DNA of 64,000 nt from an uncultured bacterium (GTDB lineage Bacteria; Actinomycetota; Acidimicrobiia; Spongiisociales; UBA5794), in NCBI GenBank assembly GCA_963801165.1, contig CAWDDT010000009.1, positions 224,001 through 288,000 of the forward strand, written 5' to 3'. Positions 60,125 to 64,000 of this stretch are shown here, in pieces. Position numbers and translations under genes: made by a program. Positions within the stretch are counted from its first letter, which is position 1. Each line of letters begins with the position of its first letter. The notes under the pieces were generated by a model that made no database searches, was not told where the DNA came from, and worked only from the letters and a program-made list of their open reading frames with translations.

Positions 60125-60595
60125 ATGGCACGGCGATCGACGTGGATAGAGTATTTCGGTGTATCTCTCGCTGTGACCTTGCTGGCCGTCGGCGTCTTGC
60201 TGATCTTTGTCAACATGAACGGCGCGATCATGGCGGACGTCGACCCGGACTCGGTGATCGTCGTGGACGGACAGATACAGGCGGTCGTCACCTGGCCGTC
60301 CGGCGGAGCGGATGTGCGAACTGGCCAGATCACGCTCCCGCTCGAGTATCAGACCGAGACCCAGATTCCTATCAACATCCTTCCCGACGGCACCGTATCG
60401 CTCGACGAGTCGAATCAAGGATTCAGACTGCCGCCTGTGCCGTTGGTGATTCTCGTGGCTGCGATTGGGGCCATGCTGGGGCTGGGGTCAGTCGGCAGCG
60501 TGCGCGGCCACGGCTACGTACCGGGCACCGGCGAATTCGGGACCATGCCACCGGTCGACGTGGATGAAGACCGCGGGTTCTACTGGCGATCGTGA
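60125..60595 (+). CDS. Hypothetical two-TM membrane protein
   Basis: TAGACT-N7-ATG; two hydrophobic segments. Confidence 0.65.
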   Translation: MARRSTWIEYFGVSLAVTLLAVGVLLIFVNMNGAIMADVDPDSVIVVDGQIQAVVTWPSGGADVRTGQITLPLEYQTETQIPINILPDGTVSLDESNQGFRLPPVPLVILVAAIGAMLGLGSVGSVRGHGYVPGTGEFGTMPPVDVDEDRGFYWRS

Positions 60596-60622
60596 CCATC
60601 CGAGCGGTCGGCTTGCTCCCGG

Positions 60623-61511
60623 CTACTCCCGGGTCACCTCTAGCCCTGCCAGCTCTTCCAGGGCCTTGACCAGGGCGTGGTTGCCTTCGGCGCCGTGCCC
60701 GCGGCGTTGCAGACGCCCGGTACAACTGGAATACGAGGCTGGTCGCCGGTAGGGGCACCGCAAGCTCGTCCGCCGACTCGAGGACGAGGCGGAGGTCCTT
60801 CTGCTGGAGGTCGATCGTGAAACCCGGGCGCCAGTCCCGGTCGACGATCTGTGGTCCCCGGTTGGCCAGCATCCACGACCCGGCGCCGCCGCCCTTGACC
60901 GCTTCGATGGTGGCGTCGAGATCGAGCCCGCCGGCCTTGGCCAGCAGCAAAGCCTCGGAGACGGCGAGACCGTTGATCACCACCAGCACCTGATTGACCT
61001 GCTTGACCATCTGCCCGGCGCCGACCGGGCCGACGTGGGTGATGGTCTTGCCGTAAGCCTCCATGGCCGGCCGGGCCCGCTCGATGTCTGCCGCGTCGCC
61101 GCCGGCCATGATCGCCAGCGTGCCACGCTCGGCTCCTTCGCTGCCGCCGCTCACCGGGGCGTCCACCCAGGAGGCGCCGACCTCACGGACGGCCTCCGCC
61201 AACCGTCTCGTAGCAGAGGCGCTGATCGTCGAATGGTCGACCACCAGTTTCCCGTCGCCGAGACCCTGCAGCAGCCCATGGTCGGCGAAGGTGACCTCCT
61301 CGACGTCCGGGGTATCGGAGACACAGAGCATGATGATGTCGCACGAGGCGGCAAGCTCGGCCGGAGTCGCCGCGACGGCGGCTCCGGCGGCGGCGAGAGG
61401 TTCAGTGCGCTCCGGGGTCCGGTTCCAGACAGTCACGTCGAAGCCCGCTTCGAGCAGGTTGGCTGCCATCCCCCGGCCCATGATGCCCATGCCGGCATAC
61501 CCGATCTTCAT
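60623..61511 (-). CDS. NAD(P)-dependent beta-hydroxyacid dehydrogenase (tartronate semialdehyde reductase/HIBADH family), +1 frameshift at about 60713
   Basis: G.GIMG..MA.NL, DAPVSGG, K.VNQ; removing one T restores LQRRGHGAEGNHALVKALEELAGLEVTRE*. Confidence 0.88.
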
Positions 61512-61554
61512 TGTGCACCTCATTCGCTCGTTGCCGGCAAAGCTAGCGCGGTAT

Positions 61555-62211
61555 CTACGCCCCGAGGTAGCGGAGCACCGCCAACACGCGGCGGTTGTCG
61601 CTCTCCGAAACCGGCAGATCCAGCTTCATGAATATGCTGGCGATGTGCTTTTCGATGGTTCCCTCGCCGATATCGAGCTGAGCCGCGATCGCGGCGTTCG
61701 ATCGACCTTCGGCGATCAACTCGAGCACATCGTTCTCTCTAGCGGTCAGGGTGGTGGCGATATTCGCGGTTCGACTGCTGGCACCGAGCAGCTGCGCTAC
61801 GACCTCGGGGTCGAGCGCGGTCCCTCCGGCGGCAACCCGCGTGAGCGCTTCCATGAACTCGCCGACGTCTGCAACGCGATCCTTGAGGAGGTAGCCGACA
61901 CCAGCCGGGGTGTCGGCGAGCAGCTCCCTGGCATGGGTGGTCTCGATGTACTGAGAGAACAGCAGCACCGCAGTGTCGGGATGAGTCCGGCGCAGGGTGA
62001 GCGCGGCTCGAAGTCCGTCGTCGGTGAAGGTGGGGCCCATCCTGATGTCGACGATGGCGACGTCGGGCCGGTGGGCTGCAACCGCCTCCAAAAGGCCGGG
62101 GGCATCCTCAACCGCGGCCGGTACTTCGTGCCCCCGCTCCTCCAGCAGGGCCACTAACCCGTTCCGCATGATGGCCGTGTCTTCGGCGATGACGATACGC
62201 ATCGTGCTCAC
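61555..62211 (-). CDS. NarL/LuxR-family response regulator
   Basis: VIAED, DIRM.PT..DDGL, YLLKDRV, LT.RE..VL.L.AEG.SN. Confidence 0.92.
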   Translation of the reverse strand: MSTMRIVIAEDTAIMRNGLVALLEERGHEVPAAVEDAPGLLEAVAAHRPDVAIVDIRMGPTFTDDGLRAALTLRRTHPDTAVLLFSQYIETTHARELLADTPAGVGYLLKDRVADVGEFMEALTRVAAGGTALDPEVVAQLLGASSRTANIATTLTARENDVLELIAEGRSNAAIAAQLDIGEGTIEKHIASIFMKLDLPVSESDNRRVLAVLRYLGA

Positions 62212-63449
62212 GCCTCCCTGGGGAGATCTACGGTCACGACGGTGGGGCCGTTCCGCGGGCTGGCGACGTTGAGGTTTCCGTCGACTGCAGCCACCCGCCC
62301 GGCAAGGCCGGTCAAACCGCTCCCCCTGCCAACGGCAGCTCCCCCTCGTCCGTCATCGGTAACGACGATGCGGAGCCGGTCCGGCGTCCCGGTGATCGAA
62401 ACAGACGCTTGTGTAGCGCCGCTGTGACGGGCGACGTTGGCCAGAAGCTCAGCAATGACGAAGTAGGTGATCGACTCGGCCGCCTGTGATGGTCGGGAGC
62501 TCATTTCGAAGCGGAGTGTTGTCGGAATCGCGCTGCGCGAGACGAGAGTTGTCACCGCAGGCTCGAGCCCTAGATCCAGGGCGGGAGGGTGGATGCCGCG
62601 TGCCACGTTGCGGAGCTCGACCAACGCATCCTTGGCGTGACGGTGTGCGGCATCGACGAGACGGAGTGCCCCGTCGCGATCTCCATTTGTCTCCCCGGGT
62701 CGTTCGAGCTTCTCCTTCGCTTGGCCCAGTTTCATGGCGAGAGTCGCCAGCTGGGCCTGGGCTCCGTCGTGGAGGTCGCGTTCGACGCGACGCAGGGTGG
62801 CTGCAGAGTCCTCGACGACGTGGCTGCGGGAAGCCTCCAGTTGGCGAAGCCGCTCGCTCTTGCTCTGTGGTCCCAGCAATGTGGTCATCAGCTTGCGGTC
62901 TGCAGTGACGAATGCCCGCGTCACCCAGGGGGCGGCCAGGAGCATTGCTGCGCCGCTACAAAATGCGACGAGCGTTCCGGCGAGGCTCGAGATGTGGAAG
63001 ATGCCGAAGGGTGTGAATACCGGGACCGGGCTAAGGGTTACCCCCGGTTCATGGTTCCGGAACAGGCCCCACCAGAACGGGTAGGTGAGATTGACGGCCC
63101 CGAGCCACAAGATGGCCGCGTAGACGTACAGACAGGCGAACGGGGTCTTCAGCAGGAGATATGCAGATGCTCTCCAACTGACCGGGTCCTTGAGCCGCTG
63201 CCGGGCGCGGTCCGGCTCCAGCGGTGCGGGCTCTCCGATGCGGAGGGCGAGTGTCGTCGAGGCAAGCGAGCGGTACCACCTTCCGCCGGTGCGAGCCGCA
63301 CCCGCGGCGACGAGCCCGACTACAAGAGTCAGAACCAGAGCGTATGCACCCACCACCGCAGTCAGGACCGACATGATGCCCCAGAGCAGCTCCCGTATGG
63401 CGCGTTCGCTGAAGGGCTCACGGAAGACGTCGCGCAGGTGTCGGGTCAC
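62208..63449 (-). CDS. HisKA_3 sensor histidine kinase
   Basis: ERDLHDGAQ, ELR..ARGIHP, E.L.NV.RHS, DDG.GGA; start approximate. Confidence 0.9.
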   Translation of the reverse strand: MTRHLRDVFREPFSERAIRELLWGIMSVLTAVVGAYALVLTLVVGLVAAGAARTGGRWYRSLASTTLALRIGEPAPLEPDRARQRLKDPVSWRASAYLLLKTPFACLYVYAAILWLGAVNLTYPFWWGLFRNHEPGVTLSPVPVFTPFGIFHISSLAGTLVAFCSGAAMLLAAPWVTRAFVTADRKLMTTLLGPQSKSERLRQLEASRSHVVEDSAATLRRVERDLHDGAQAQLATLAMKLGQAKEKLERPGETNGDRDGALRLVDAAHRHAKDALVELRNVARGIHPPALDLGLEPAVTTLVSRSAIPTTLRFEMSSRPSQAAESITYFVIAELLANVARHSGATQASVSITGTPDRLRIVVTDDGRGGAAVGRGSGLTGLAGRVAAVDGNLNVASPRNGPTVVTVDLPREA

Positions 63450-63492
63450 CGATTCATTATTCCAGCCCGACTTTGACGTGGGCCTGTCTTTT

Positions 63493-64000
63493 TCAGGCAT
63501 CGCGCCGTTGCAGGAGTGACAGAGCCAGCAGCATCGCCAACGCGGCGTAGCCGGCGCCGACGGCAAAGCCGACCCATGGTGACAGGAACTCCGGCTGGAG
63601 GTTGGTGGCCGACACCGAGTTGCCCAAGATGGCGACGGCCCCGAACCGCCATATCTGGCCGGGGAGCGCGAGCAGCAAGTCGGGCACGACGAGTACGAAG
63701 GCGAAGTACGCGGCGACTGCCGCTCCGGTGTGGCGGATGACTGTTCCGGTCGCGAGACCGATCAAGCTCAGCAGCGCCAGGAAGGCGCCGGAAAGCACCA
63801 GAGCCCGCAGCACACCAGGCTGGCCGAGCGTGGCGTGGGGCGCCGCGCTGTTCATTGCCATTTGCGCAGGGAAGAACGTGGCGAAGGCTGTTGCCACTGA
63901 GAGACCGAAGGCGGATGCTGCGACCACCACTGCTTTGGCGGCGAGCACTACTGCCCGGCGCGGCACCGCTGTCAATGTGACCTCGATCTCGCCGTAGGCG
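63493..64000 (-). CDS. ABC transporter permease, C-terminal part (truncated by window edge)
   Basis: LTAVPRR..VL.AK, G..IRH..AA, RRDA end. Confidence 0.8.
   Translation of the reverse strand, partial: AYGEIEVTLTAVPRRAVVLAAKAVVVAASAFGLSVATAFATFFPAQMAMNSAAPHATLGQPGVLRALVLSGAFLALLSLIGLATGTVIRHTGAAVAAYFAFVLVVPDLLLALPGQIWRFGAVAILGNSVSATNLQPEFLSPWVGFAVGAGYAALAMLLALSLLQRRDA

Overview
High-GC, gene-dense bacterial window, most consistent with an actinobacterium (Acidimicrobiia-like). This rests on many TANNNT-N6/7-start leaderless promoters, an MDMPI-family gene, the MSMEG_4193/DUF3090/SCO1664 trio, and a DUF222-HNH gene with a TCGAAC-N4-GTTCGA LexA box. Contents: serA plus DUF1015; a purine/nucleoside uptake and catabolism block (BMP ABC transporter, xanthine dehydrogenase-family pair, adenosine/adenine deaminase); an ECF sigma coupled to an Ogt-Ada(Zn) protein; two two-component systems with ABC exporters; Na/Pi symporter plus PhoU; tryptophanase; a large beta-helix lipoprotein; asnA; the RDD-SpoIIM-DUF58-MoxR-DUF4350-DUF4129 cluster; a ThDP-enzyme/BASS/epimerase/SDR operon; and a decaying accessory patch at about 56.6-60.1 kb. 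The most striking unannotated element is a minus-strand unit at 38146-38886 that the ORF track mostly misses. It has a sigma70 promoter with a perfect palindrome in its spacer, a 42-aa leader ORF with mutually exclusive antiterminator and terminator, an anticodon-less tRNA-Ala-like mini-RNA (G3-U70, A73), further hairpins, and two micro-ORFs with strong RBSs. Several single-base frameshifts suggest uncorrected sequencing indels. All family assignments come from motif recognition by eye; no database searches were run.
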